The notes beneath the pieces are model-generated. The model did no database searches and was not told the origin of the DNA. It saw only the letters and a program-made list of their open reading frames with translations. Both the position numbers and the translations under genes were made by a program. Shown here in pieces: positions 17,784 to 25,200 of a DNA stretch of 31,390 nt. How positions within the stretch are numbered: position 1 is the first letter of the stretch; every line of letters begins with the position of its first letter. Source of the DNA: a virus (taxonomy: Duplodnaviria > Caudoviricetes); IMG/VR virus record IMGVR_UViG_3300043418_000139, positions 1 through 31,390 of that record; one strand, written 5' to 3'.

Positions 17784-18146
17784 TTACTTGCCGACGATGG
17801 CCGGCGGGTTGTGAGCCGGAGCTGTTGGAGGCACGCGGACAAAGCCTGCGACGATGGCGCCCAACACGGCGGCGACGATGTACTTGACGGCAGTCTGGAC
17901 GAGGTCGCTGGACTGCTTCTGGATTGGTTGGCTCTGCTCCAGGGCGCTCACGCGGCTAGTCAGGGTTCCGATGTCTTTGAATGCTCGCCCGATGGCGTCA
18001 TTCGTGGCGGTCTGGCGTTCTTCGATCACAGCCAGTCGTGAGACCGCGGTCGCGAGCTCTTTCATGCTGGACTTGATCTCCGCCATGTCGCCGGAAATGG
18101 ATTCGATCTTTGCGATGGCTACAGCCAGGTCTGTTTCTGGAGGCAT
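17784..18146 (-). CDS. Coiled-coil protein with a C-terminal membrane anchor (120 aa)
   Basis: GAGGG RBS before ATG 18146; heptad pattern followed by YIVAAVLGAIVAGFV. Confidence 0.75.
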   Translation of the reverse strand: MPPETDLAVAIAKIESISGDMAEIKSSMKELATAVSRLAVIEERQTATNDAIGRAFKDIGTLTSRVSALEQSQPIQKQSSDLVQTAVKYIVAAVLGAIVAGFVRVPPTAPAHNPPAIVGK

Positions 18147-18153
18147 ACAGCCC

Positions 18154-18654
18154 TCACTGAGTGACATGGCTCACCCACTGCTGGAGGCCGGTTACTTGGT
18201 TGCGGAGCCCGTCAGCTTCTGCTGCCAGTTCTCCATATTCTTTTGCGCACGTTCCGAGTAGCTCTCGGGCGACACCGGCTTCATGAGCGTAGCTGGCGGC
18301 TTCGGCATTGCCGGGGGCTGCACGGGCGTTGAGACGGGCGATGTCGTTGCGCAGGCTGACAACAGCCCGCTCAGCACGAGCAGCGCGAACCAGGGATGCA
18401 GCTTCACGCTCAGCCGATCCGTCCACCACTCTTTGCGCTTCTTTGACACGTCGTTGCTCCTCGGTTCGGGCGGACTGCTCTGCAGCGAGTCGCTCCTTGG
18501 TTTGCACTGCGATCTCTTTGTCCCACTTGGCCTGCACGCTCGAGGCGCCCAGGTTGTACCCGGTGAAACCGATGGCCAGGACGATGGATGCGATTGCGGC
18601 CACCTTGAACCACACCTGCGTTGCGTACAAAGCGAGCTGCGGCGGGATGATCAC
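18154..18654 (-). CDS. Inner-membrane spanin (Rz-like, 166 aa)
   Basis: N-terminal transmembrane segment plus Ala/Glu/Arg-rich coiled coil; GTG after GGAGAG overlapping the endolysin stop. Confidence 0.8.
   Translation of the reverse strand: MIIPPQLALYATQVWFKVAAIASIVLAIGFTGYNLGASSVQAKWDKEIAVQTKERLAAEQSARTEEQRRVKEAQRVVDGSAEREAASLVRAARAERAVVSLRNDIARLNARAAPGNAEAASYAHEAGVARELLGTCAKEYGELAAEADGLRNQVTGLQQWVSHVTQ
18192..18407 (-). CDS. Outer-membrane spanin lipoprotein (Rz1-like), embedded in Rz
   Basis: Alternate frame: MKLHPWFALLVLSGLLSAC lipobox followed by a Pro-rich segment. Confidence 0.8.
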   Translation of the reverse strand: MKLHPWFALLVLSGLLSACATTSPVSTPVQPPAMPKPPATLMKPVSPESYSERAQKNMENWQQKLTGSATK

Positions 18655-19124
18655 TGTGACTCTCCGATGCACTGCCGATATTCATCGCGGCGACGGTTGG
18701 TCAGGCCAGCCAATGGCTTGCCCTTGAACTTGTCCCACTTCAGGATCTCGAGGCAGGCCTCGGTGTAATCCCCAGTGTTGAGCCTCTTCACCAGGGTCGA
18801 GCCACAGAAGGCGGTCGCCCCGATGTTGTAGGACAGGCTGATGTAGGCGTCGTACTCGTACTGGTAGAGCGGAACGTTGACGCACTTCTTCAGCGCGCCC
18901 TCGAACTTCTGCACATCCTGCAGCGCCCTGGCGATTGCCTTTGGCGCTGTGATGGTGTCACCCAGCTTCACGCCTTCGGTGGTGCCAAACCCAATGGTCG
19001 GCACGTCACCTGGCACAGGGGTGATCGCCTTGTCGCTGTAGCCCTCATGCAGCGCGATTCCTACCAGCGCCGATGCACTGAGCACCAGAGCGCCGATCCT
19101 GTTGCGGCTCGACGGCTGAATCAT
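18651..19124 (-). CDS. GH24 lysozyme, SAR endolysin (157 aa)
   Basis: Weakly hydrophobic N-terminal SAR segment; HEG...TIGFGTT, YNIG..AFCGSTL, GLTNRR. Confidence 0.93.
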   Translation of the reverse strand: MIQPSSRNRIGALVLSASALVGIALHEGYSDKAITPVPGDVPTIGFGTTEGVKLGDTITAPKAIARALQDVQKFEGALKKCVNVPLYQYEYDAYISLSYNIGATAFCGSTLVKRLNTGDYTEACLEILKWDKFKGKPLAGLTNRRRDEYRQCIGESQ

Positions 19125-19330
19125 TTGTGCATCTCCGGCTGCGCAATCAAACGCGCAACCGCGGCGGAGATCGAGACCACCAGCGCCAGCACGGCAAACA
19201 TGCCACGCGGCATGGCTCCGTCCAGGTAGGGCAGCGCCACCTCAGCGGCAGAGAGCACAGCGGACAGAAGCGCCAGACGCATGCTCCATGCCTTGGTCGC
19301 AACTGCCTTCCAGTTGTCGATCAAGTTCAT
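19121..19330 (-). CDS. Holin-like membrane protein (69 aa)
   Basis: Two hydrophobic segments; LIDNWK...KAWSMRL...ARLIAQP; coupled to the endolysin. Confidence 0.8.
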   Translation of the reverse strand: MNLIDNWKAVATKAWSMRLALLSAVLSAAEVALPYLDGAMPRGMFAVLALVVSISAAVARLIAQPEMHK

Positions 19331-19340
19331 GGGAGGCCTG

Positions 19341-19367
19341 AAATAAAAGAACCCGCCGAAGCGGGCC
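19341..19367 (-). terminator. Intrinsic terminator between tRNA and holin (tR'-like position)
   Basis: GGCCCGC-UUCG-GCGGGUU then CUUUUAUUU. Confidence 0.8.
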
Positions 19368-19375
19368 GTGTTGTC

Positions 19376-19454
19376 TGGTAGCGGGTGCAGGATTTGAACC
19401 TGCGATCTGCAACTTATGAGGATGCCGAGATAGGCCGGACTTCTCCAACCCGCT
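19376..19454 (-). tRNA. tRNA with CAT anticodon (Met; initiator-like body, atypical)
   Basis: Acceptor AGCGGGT/ACCCGCT+A+CCA; D stem GAGA/TCTC; anticodon arm GCATC-CTCATAA-GTTGC; T arm GCAGG-TTCAAAT-CCTGC. Confidence 0.9.
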
Positions 19455-19546
19455 GCAATTTGGGCATGGCTCCGCCCTCAAAGGGGGAGCCACTGGCATG
19501 TAATTCTTGTGCCTCGGAAACATCGCTGTTTGCCGAGGTATGCGCG

Positions 19547-19576
19547 ACTATACCACAACCTGTTGTCTTGATGCAA
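19547..19576 (-). promoter_or_regulatory. Putative late promoter (pR'-like)
   Basis: TTGCAT-18 nt-TATAGT with TG extension, heading the tRNA, lysis and structural operon. Confidence 0.65.
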
Positions 19577-19625
19577 CATTTTGTTTGTTGCAACGGAATA
19601 ACCCACCAATCCATAGGGCTATACC

Positions 19626-19654
19626 TTGCAACATTTTGTTTTGTGCGCAACAAT
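19626..19654 (+). promoter_or_regulatory. Repeated promoter copy 1
   Basis: TTGCAA-cattttgttttgtgcgc(17)-AACAAT upstream of a TAGGAG RBS. Confidence 0.7.
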
Positions 19655-19689
19655 TATTCCATCAGCAACCAACCTTTTAGGAGAACGAC

Positions 19690-19851
19690 ATGACCAAGTA
19701 CCTGATAGCCCTACCCTGCTTCCCAGGCGCCAAAGGTTTCAACCACCGCACGATCCTGGTGTCCGCCAAAGGTGTGAACGACGCCAGGGCGCTTGCCCGC
19801 CACCTCCGCCCACACGACAACATCGGCGACATCAAAAAAGTCGACTACTGA
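19690..19851 (+). CDS. Hypothetical protein (53 aa)
   Basis: Not in the ORF track; TAGGAG RBS; MTKYLIALPCFPG...IGDIKKVDY. Confidence 0.75.
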   Translation: MTKYLIALPCFPGAKGFNHRTILVSAKGVNDARALARHLRPHDNIGDIKKVDY

Positions 19852-19866
19852 ACCGAGGAGAACCCC

Positions 19867-20037
19867 ATGCCCAACATTGACCAACTCATCGCCTTCGAGA
19901 ACGGCGACCTCGACGAAGACCAGATCATCGAATTCATCCAGGACGGCATCGACAAGGGCTGGGTCTGGAAGCTGCAAGGCGCATACGGCCGCTTGGCTGT
20001 GTCGCTGATTGACGCCGGCTTTTGCACCCACCGCTGA
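19867..20037 (+). CDS. Conserved small phage protein (56 aa)
   Basis: Not in the ORF track; GAGGAG RBS; MPNIDQLIAFENGDL...WKLQGAYGRLA.SLIDAG. Confidence 0.8.
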   Translation: MPNIDQLIAFENGDLDEDQIIEFIQDGIDKGWVWKLQGAYGRLAVSLIDAGFCTHR

Positions 20038-20047
20038 GGAGACCGCC

Positions 20048-20272
20048 ATGCAACCCACCACCGAAAAAATCGACCATCTGCTGTCCTTCTGGGGCGCGCA
20101 GGACGACGACCTGGCCGACAAGCAGCCTGCCGACTCGTACCACCGCCAGGCCTGGCAGCGCGAAAAAGCCGAGCTCCTGGCCTTGCGGGCTGGCGAGATC
20201 ACCGTCGCCCAGTGCAAGCACGCCTGCCGCTTCTTCAACACCATGCCCGCCTGGGGCACCTACGGCACCTGA
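20048..20272 (+). CDS. Hypothetical protein (74 aa)
   Basis: GAGGAG RBS before ATG 20048. Confidence 0.75.
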   Translation: MQPTTEKIDHLLSFWGAQDDDLADKQPADSYHRQAWQREKAELLALRAGEITVAQCKHACRFFNTMPAWGTYGT

Positions 20273-20288
20273 TGCCAGAAAGCACGAC

Positions 20289-21107
20289 ATGAGCAAGTTT
20301 CAAAAAGGCGACACCGTCTACAACCTGGATGGCCAGCAAGGCGCCTACATCGCGTCGTATGCCGGCTCACACCTGGTTGCGCCAGAGTACGAAGACGGGT
20401 CCAACGGAGAGCCGTACTGGGGTCGCCCTGAAGAGTGGCGTGATGTTTTCCTTGAGCCGCCAACGGTAAAGCTGCAGGCCAAGGTCGACGAGCTCGACAA
20501 GCTGATCACCGAGAGGCGCGAGGAACTCAAGCGCGTCAACACTGAGCTCGACCAGGCTGGCAAGCGCCGACAGGAGCAGCTCAAGAAGATCGGGCAGCAC
20601 CGCGCCCTGCAGCGCATTGAAGATTACCTTGATGGCAAGTTCACGCACTTCCTTGAGGTTCCTGGCTACAGCGCCCCAACAATCGTGACCGCTGGTGATG
20701 CACTTGCGCATGGCGGCACCGAGTACGAGAACCGCTGGGACAAGAAGCTCCGGCTCCTGACACTCTTCGGCGACACCAAAGGCGACCTGCAGTGGAACAT
20801 CAACCGCTACAGCGATGGCAGCGGCAGCAGCAATACCGAGGTCTACCCCTGCCAGAACGAAGTGGAAGCCATCGACATCGTGCGCCAGCTGTACGCCGAG
20901 GCTGTTGCTGTGTGGCGCGAGCAGGAGAAGAAGCACTACGGCCGGGCCATTGAATGGTCCCAGAAATGCCCCGAGGGCTGGATCGTCGTGCCCGATGACA
21001 TCCGTGAGTACCTGGCCATCGCCAAACAGCAGGCCCGCCAGGCGGAGCTCGAGAAGGCCCGCGAGAACCTGGCCAAGGCCGAGGCCGCACTGAAGGAACT
21101 GTCATGA
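20289..21107 (+). CDS. Hypothetical coiled-coil protein (272 aa)
   Basis: Start moved to ATG 20289 (MSKFQKGDTVY); ATGA overlap with the next gene. Confidence 0.8.
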   Translation: MSKFQKGDTVYNLDGQQGAYIASYAGSHLVAPEYEDGSNGEPYWGRPEEWRDVFLEPPTVKLQAKVDELDKLITERREELKRVNTELDQAGKRRQEQLKKIGQHRALQRIEDYLDGKFTHFLEVPGYSAPTIVTAGDALAHGGTEYENRWDKKLRLLTLFGDTKGDLQWNINRYSDGSGSSNTEVYPCQNEVEAIDIVRQLYAEAVAVWREQEKKHYGRAIEWSQKCPEGWIVVPDDIREYLAIAKQQARQAELEKARENLAKAEAALKELS

Positions 21108-21724
21108 CCGACAAACAACTCAAGGCCTACCAAGTTCGTGAGGATGGCGAAGGCAACTGCGTCATCGTGTTTGCAACAAACGGCGCCACAGCCAGACGCG
21201 AGGGCGGCGGCGAGCTCGGCCTGGAATTCGATGAGGTCGAGTCCTGCCGGCGCATGCCTGTGTTTGACCAGTACGCGCCAGGCCCGGTGCCGCTGCATGC
21301 AACGCTGGCCGCTGGCTGGTGGCACGAGTGCAACCACTGCGGCGTTCGCTTCGATGAGGATGGCCGGCACGGCGAGGAAGAGTACGAGCGCGACGACGCA
21401 TTTGAGCCCGTGCAAGATGCCCGCCGGCTCAGCTACTGCAGCCCCACCTGTCAGGCCAAGGACTTTGCCGAGAAGCGCGCTCGCGACGCCCGTCAGAACG
21501 CGGCCATTGAGGCTGCGCTGATCCGCTGGCCAATGGCCGTCAGCGTGACGTCCGGTGAGTATTCGCTGGCCTACCCCAACCGCGGCACAGAGACTCGAGC
21601 GAATCTCATCTTGCCAGGCCTGCGCTTCCCAGTGAGTTGGCCTCTGGGCTCCGACCATGCCCACGTCTCGCAATGCGACGTGGAGGCATTCACCAATCTG
21701 TACGGCAAAAAGGAGGCGGCATGA
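21104..21724 (+). CDS. Hypothetical Zn-finger-containing protein (206 aa)
   Basis: GWWHECNHCG and YCSPTC motifs; coupled at both ends. Confidence 0.8.
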   Translation: MTDKQLKAYQVREDGEGNCVIVFATNGATARREGGGELGLEFDEVESCRRMPVFDQYAPGPVPLHATLAAGWWHECNHCGVRFDEDGRHGEEEYERDDAFEPVQDARRLSYCSPTCQAKDFAEKRARDARQNAAIEAALIRWPMAVSVTSGEYSLAYPNRGTETRANLILPGLRFPVSWPLGSDHAHVSQCDVEAFTNLYGKKEAA

Positions 21725-21915
21725 CCGACGCAGAAATCGCTGGCTACATGAACTGGCGCGGGCCGGGCGCCTACACGCAGCACCAAATGAAACGCATCAA
21801 GGCGCTGCTGGTCGAGGCCGAATCCCGGGAGCGCGAGGTGTGTGCGCGAATCACAGAGGCATCGCCTGACCGCTATCACGCGGCCGCCGCCATCCGAGCA
21901 AGGGGACAGGCATGA
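21721..21915 (+). CDS. Hypothetical protein (64 aa)
   Basis: AGGAGG RBS; EREVCARI...AAAAIRARG motif common in small phage ORFs. Confidence 0.75.
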   Translation: MTDAEIAGYMNWRGPGAYTQHQMKRIKALLVEAESREREVCARITEASPDRYHAAAAIRARGQA

Positions 21916-22013
21916 ACACCTGGCCCTTCCCCATTGGCGGACCACCCTCACAAGACCGCGGCCATTCCCGCATCCCATTCAACCCAAACAACCACGAGGA
22001 GGCCCCATGGTGA
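21912..22013 (+). CDS. Hypothetical microprotein (33 aa)
   Basis: ATGA coupling; MNTWPFPIGG...FNPNNHEEAPW. Confidence 0.55.
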   Translation: MNTWPFPIGGPPSQDRGHSRIPFNPNNHEEAPW

Positions 22014-22213
22014 ATCACAAAGACTGCGAGCTGCACATGTGGGAGTACTGGCGCGACGACAAAGGCTACGAGACGGCCGCCAGGGAGTACTACCCCAACA
22101 TCTTCAACAAGGACCCGGTGCTGCGCGATGCCCTGGCCGACTACCACGCAGCGATGCAGCTCATCGACATGCGCATGGCCCGCCTGCTGGAGCAAAGCCC
22201 GACGGAACCGTAG
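22007..22213 (+). CDS. Hypothetical protein (68 aa)
   Basis: GAGGAGG RBS; MVNHKDCELHMWEYW. Confidence 0.7.
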   Translation: MVNHKDCELHMWEYWRDDKGYETAAREYYPNIFNKDPVLRDALADYHAAMQLIDMRMARLLEQSPTEP

Positions 22214-22224
22214 GGTCTTTTTTT
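22196..22224 (+). terminator. Putative intrinsic terminator
   Basis: Imperfect CCC-GACGG/CCGT-AGGG stem followed by a T run, just before promoter copy 2. Confidence 0.5.
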
Positions 22225-22232
22225 GGCTGATG

Positions 22233-22261
22233 TTGCAACATTTTGTTTGATGCGCAACAAT
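22233..22261 (+). promoter_or_regulatory. Repeated promoter copy 2
   Basis: TTGCAA-cattttgtttgatgcgc(17)-AACAAT, then a TAGGAG RBS. Confidence 0.7.
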
Positions 22262-22292
22262 CACTTCACCAACAACTTTTTAGGAGTTTCCA

Positions 22293-22562
22293 GTGACAGC
22301 TCAAACCTTTGCCATCGACTACGACGGCACCTACGCCGCAGCGCCGGCCTTATGGGGTCAATTCATTGCGGCCGCTCGCCTGGCTGGCCACCGCGTGCTG
22401 ATCTGCACTGGTCGCGCCTTTGCCCCCGTCACCCTGCCAGATGACCTCGAGGTTCACTGCACAGCCGGCCAGGCCAAGGCCGACTACCTCGCGAGCCTTG
22501 GCATCAATGTCGACGTCTGGATTGACGACGACCCCTCATCCGTCATCACCGACGGCATCTGA
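22293..22562 (+). CDS. Minimal HAD-superfamily hydrolase-like protein (89 aa)
   Basis: Motif I IDYDGT, motif II ICTGR, motif III Lys, motif IV WIDDDP. Confidence 0.75.
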   Translation: MTAQTFAIDYDGTYAAAPALWGQFIAAARLAGHRVLICTGRAFAPVTLPDDLEVHCTAGQAKADYLASLGINVDVWIDDDPSSVITDGI

Positions 22563-22592
22563 TTTTTTCACCACCAACCTTAGGAGTTTTAC

Positions 22593-23015
22593 ATGCCCAT
22601 CATCACATCCGAGCGCGCCGGCGAGATCCGCGGCCAGCTCACCGAAAAATACGGCGCCACCTGGATGCACCACTACCACGAGGCCATCGAGGCTGAGGTG
22701 CTGGCCAATGCGCCACTGACCATCAACAACACGGTGTCCACCTCTGTCGGCGACCTGCTGGCCTCCTGCGAAGAGGGCTGGCGCCATGCCAACGAGCTCG
22801 AGCGGGAGCATCAGCGCCTGAACGCTTTGAATGCTGAGTTGCTGGCAGCGCTGCAAGGGGTTTTCAATGCCTGTCTTTTGGCAAATGAAGACGAGGCCAT
22901 ACCCTTTGAACTTGACGGCGATTTGCTGGATGCGGCACGCGCCGCCATCACCAAGGCATCTGAGCCAGTGGTCCAGCACCTCCCCTCTGACGACTCGGAA
23001 GGGGGTCTGCTGTGA
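22593..23015 (+). CDS. Hypothetical protein (140 aa)
   Basis: TAGGAG RBS; ELLAAL...ARAAITKA motif. Confidence 0.75.
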   Translation: MPIITSERAGEIRGQLTEKYGATWMHHYHEAIEAEVLANAPLTINNTVSTSVGDLLASCEEGWRHANELEREHQRLNALNAELLAALQGVFNACLLANEDEAIPFELDGDLLDAARAAITKASEPVVQHLPSDDSEGGLL

Positions 23016-23305
23016 GCTACTACAAACAAGTTGCCGATCTGGCGGAAGAGATCCAATCCACGGCAAGAGAAATCGCCAACCTAGAAAAGAGCCGCAACGA
23101 CTGGATCAGGCCAAAAGCAACGACATTCTGGCTTGGCCAGCACACGTACGTTACTCGCGAGGATGGCACCACACCAAAGGCACTTCAGGGGGTGAAGCGC
23201 GAGGCCCTCAAAGCGTTCGATGACCTGATCTTTACCAAGAAAAGCGAACTCGAGGGCCTACGCTTCAAGCTGGTCAACCTAGCAAAGCAAGGCGGTGCGG
23301 CATGA
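23012..23305 (+). CDS. Hypothetical protein (97 aa)
   Basis: GTGA and ATGA coupling at the two ends. Confidence 0.7.
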   Translation: MSYYKQVADLAEEIQSTAREIANLEKSRNDWIRPKATTFWLGQHTYVTREDGTTPKALQGVKREALKAFDDLIFTKKSELEGLRFKLVNLAKQGGAA

Positions 23306-23532
23306 GTACCCGCGAGCGCGAGGCTCGCAAGCTGGCCGAGAAGGCCGGCTTGAAAGTTTTAGACGTCCGGCTCTCCGGCGGCAATCACATTCGCATGCGA
23401 CTGCAGCGCGATGACGGTGAAACATTCCTGTCGTTCGCGCCACTCTCGCCAAGCGACCACCGCGGCGACAAGAACAAGCTCGCCGAGCTCCGCCGATTTG
23501 CGGCCGGCAAAGTATCACCAAAGAAGCACTGA
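23302..23532 (+). CDS. HicA-like (dsRBD-fold) small basic protein (76 aa)
   Basis: AEKAG..V..SGGNHIRM...SPSDHRG.KN.LAELRR pattern. Confidence 0.55.
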   Translation: MSTREREARKLAEKAGLKVLDVRLSGGNHIRMRLQRDDGETFLSFAPLSPSDHRGDKNKLAELRRFAAGKVSPKKH

Positions 23533-23533
23533 C

Positions 23534-23689
23534 ATGACCAAGAAAATTCTGACAACCGTTTACGCCGCTCTCTGGCTCTTCATGGGCTGGGTCCTCTACA
23601 GCGACCTGTTCGTCTGGCGCAAGGACGATCCGTCCGGCGCTCAGCTGCAGGCTGCGCAGCAGGTCAAGCGCATCCAGGGGGTGCGCTGA
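23534..23689 (+). CDS. Small membrane protein (51 aa)
   Basis: Hydrophobic segment then DLFVWR; TGATG coupling to the next gene. Confidence 0.65.
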   Translation: MTKKILTTVYAALWLFMGWVLYSDLFVWRKDDPSGAQLQAAQQVKRIQGVR

Positions 23690-24183
23690 TGCAAGCCACC
23701 CTCGAAGCCATTCACGCCAACTGCATCGAGGAAGGTGACTGCTGGCTCTGGCAAGGCGCCCTGAGCCACGGCACGACGCCGACGATGCGCATCACCGGCG
23801 GAAAGCACCAAGCCTCTGTGCGCCGCCTGGTGCTCGAGCTGAAAGGCGTTGTTCTCGGCAAGCGCAAGGCGTTCCCTGTTTGCGGCAATTCCGCATGCGT
23901 GAGCCCGGCCTGCACCAAGGCAATGACCAGCGCCGAGATGCTGACCAAGGTGGCGAAGCGCAGCGGCTACGCGCAAAGCCCAGCCAGAAACGCCAAGATT
24001 GCGGCCGGCAAGCGCAAGCACTCGCCCATCACGCCGGAGCTCGTCGAGGAGATCCGCTCATCACCGGAGAGTGGCCGCGCCATCGCGCGCCGCCTCAGCC
24101 TCAGCCAGTCAACCGTGCAAGCCATCCGGATCCACGACAGCTGGAAAGACTACTCAAACCCATTCCTTCAGCTCGCAGCATAG
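23689..24183 (+). CDS. Degenerate HNH-like Zn-binding domain plus C-terminal HTH (164 aa)
   Basis: DCWLWQG...CGNSACVSP and ITPELVEEIR...RAIARRLSLSQSTVQAIR...W. Confidence 0.7.
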   Translation: MQATLEAIHANCIEEGDCWLWQGALSHGTTPTMRITGGKHQASVRRLVLELKGVVLGKRKAFPVCGNSACVSPACTKAMTSAEMLTKVAKRSGYAQSPARNAKIAAGKRKHSPITPELVEEIRSSPESGRAIARRLSLSQSTVQAIRIHDSWKDYSNPFLQLAA

Positions 24184-24222
24184 GAATAACCAAGCAAAGT
24201 TGAAGGACATTATTTGTTGCTC

Positions 24223-24251
24223 TTGCAACTTTTTGTTTGATGCGCAATAAT
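24223..24251 (+). promoter_or_regulatory. Repeated promoter copy 3
   Basis: TTGCAA-ctttttgtttgatgcgc(17)-AATAAT. Confidence 0.7.
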
Positions 24252-24307
24252 TCATCCATCAACAGCACTTCGTTGTCGATACCTCAACCAGTAACAAGGA
24301 AATCATC

Positions 24308-24538
24308 ATGCAAGACCTGCACGTCATCAATCGCCAAAACGCCAAAGCCGTCGAGGAACACTCCATCAAAACCCGCGACGCCGGCAAGTGGGGTCTGGCC
24401 AAGTACACCGGCCTGAACTTCTTCGCTTGGGCCGACTTCGACAACGAAGCCGACCGCAATGCAGCCGCCACCCAGTGGAACAACCAGGGTGCCGGCCATC
24501 GCACCTCGCTGTTCAACCCCGAGAAGGCCTCCGCCTAA
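24308..24538 (+). CDS. Hypothetical protein (76 aa)
   Basis: AAGGA RBS; first gene after promoter copy 3. Confidence 0.75.
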   Translation: MQDLHVINRQNAKAVEEHSIKTRDAGKWGLAKYTGLNFFAWADFDNEADRNAAATQWNNQGAGHRTSLFNPEKASA

Positions 24539-24610
24539 ACCAAGCCCCGGGCCCTTTTTTTGGGCCCGGTGCAAACATTTTGTAATTCCCGCAACATTTA
24601 GGAGTATCAG

Positions 24611-24994
24611 ATGCAAGCCATCGTCAATGTCGAGCTCGACGAAAAATCCGGCCCCGGCCTGCCGGTTGAAGACCGCTACGCCCTCGTCATGTCCAGCGTC
24701 CGCAAGTTCTTCACTCGCTCCATCGGAGAAGTCCGCAGCGTCAACTACACCGGGCCAGATGGCTCCGCAGTCGAATCGACTGCCGTGATCACGTTTGAGT
24801 TTCACGCCCCCAAGAGCATTGTCCTGAACGCCTTTGCGCAGATCTCGCGCACATTCAATCAAGACTGCGTCGCCGTTTTGTTTGATGACGGAGAAGGCCG
24901 ACTGGTTGGCCCAGAGGCAGACCGCTGGGGCGGATTCAAGATCGAATACTTCAAGCGCCCGTCCATCCTTGACCTTCTGAAGGAAGCAGCATGA
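24611..24994 (+). CDS. Putative S-adenosylmethionine lyase (T3 SAMase-like, 127 aa)
   Basis: Y...VESTAVI...FNQDCVAV...GRLVG matches the order and approximate spacing of T3 SAMase Y...EEKTVRV...WEQDCVLV...AGLV as I recall it; TAGGAG RBS. Confidence 0.6.
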   Translation: MQAIVNVELDEKSGPGLPVEDRYALVMSSVRKFFTRSIGEVRSVNYTGPDGSAVESTAVITFEFHAPKSIVLNAFAQISRTFNQDCVAVLFDDGEGRLVGPEADRWGGFKIEYFKRPSILDLLKEAA

Positions 24995-25200
24995 CCACAG
25001 AACAACAGCCAGGCGACGCCCTGGCCAAGCTGATTCTCGATGGCCTTGTCTCCGATGCGCGAGCACTTGTCGAGCGCGCATCTTCAATTGGCCTTGTGCT
25101 GACCATTGAAACCGTTCCAGACAAACCGCTTGCGATGGGCAACCACCACCCCCTGATCACCATCCGTGCCGCCAAAAAACTGTACCGGGGTGAAGCATGA
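24991..25200 (+). CDS. Hypothetical protein (69 aa)
   Basis: ATGA coupling; VLTIET.P.KPLAMGNH motif. Confidence 0.7.
   Translation: MTTEQQPGDALAKLILDGLVSDARALVERASSIGLVLTIETVPDKPLAMGNHHPLITIRAAKKLYRGEA

Noticed and set aside
19572-24251. CRISPR-like or att-site reading of the ~29-bp repeats
   Set aside because: The copies are kilobases apart, each precedes an RBS and has -35/-10 geometry; no cas gene or integrase is in the window.
24547-24569. CCGGGCCC-T7-GGGCCCGG as an intrinsic terminator
   Set aside because: The T run is in the loop, not after the stem. It may be a stabilising or processing hairpin, but its function cannot be supported.
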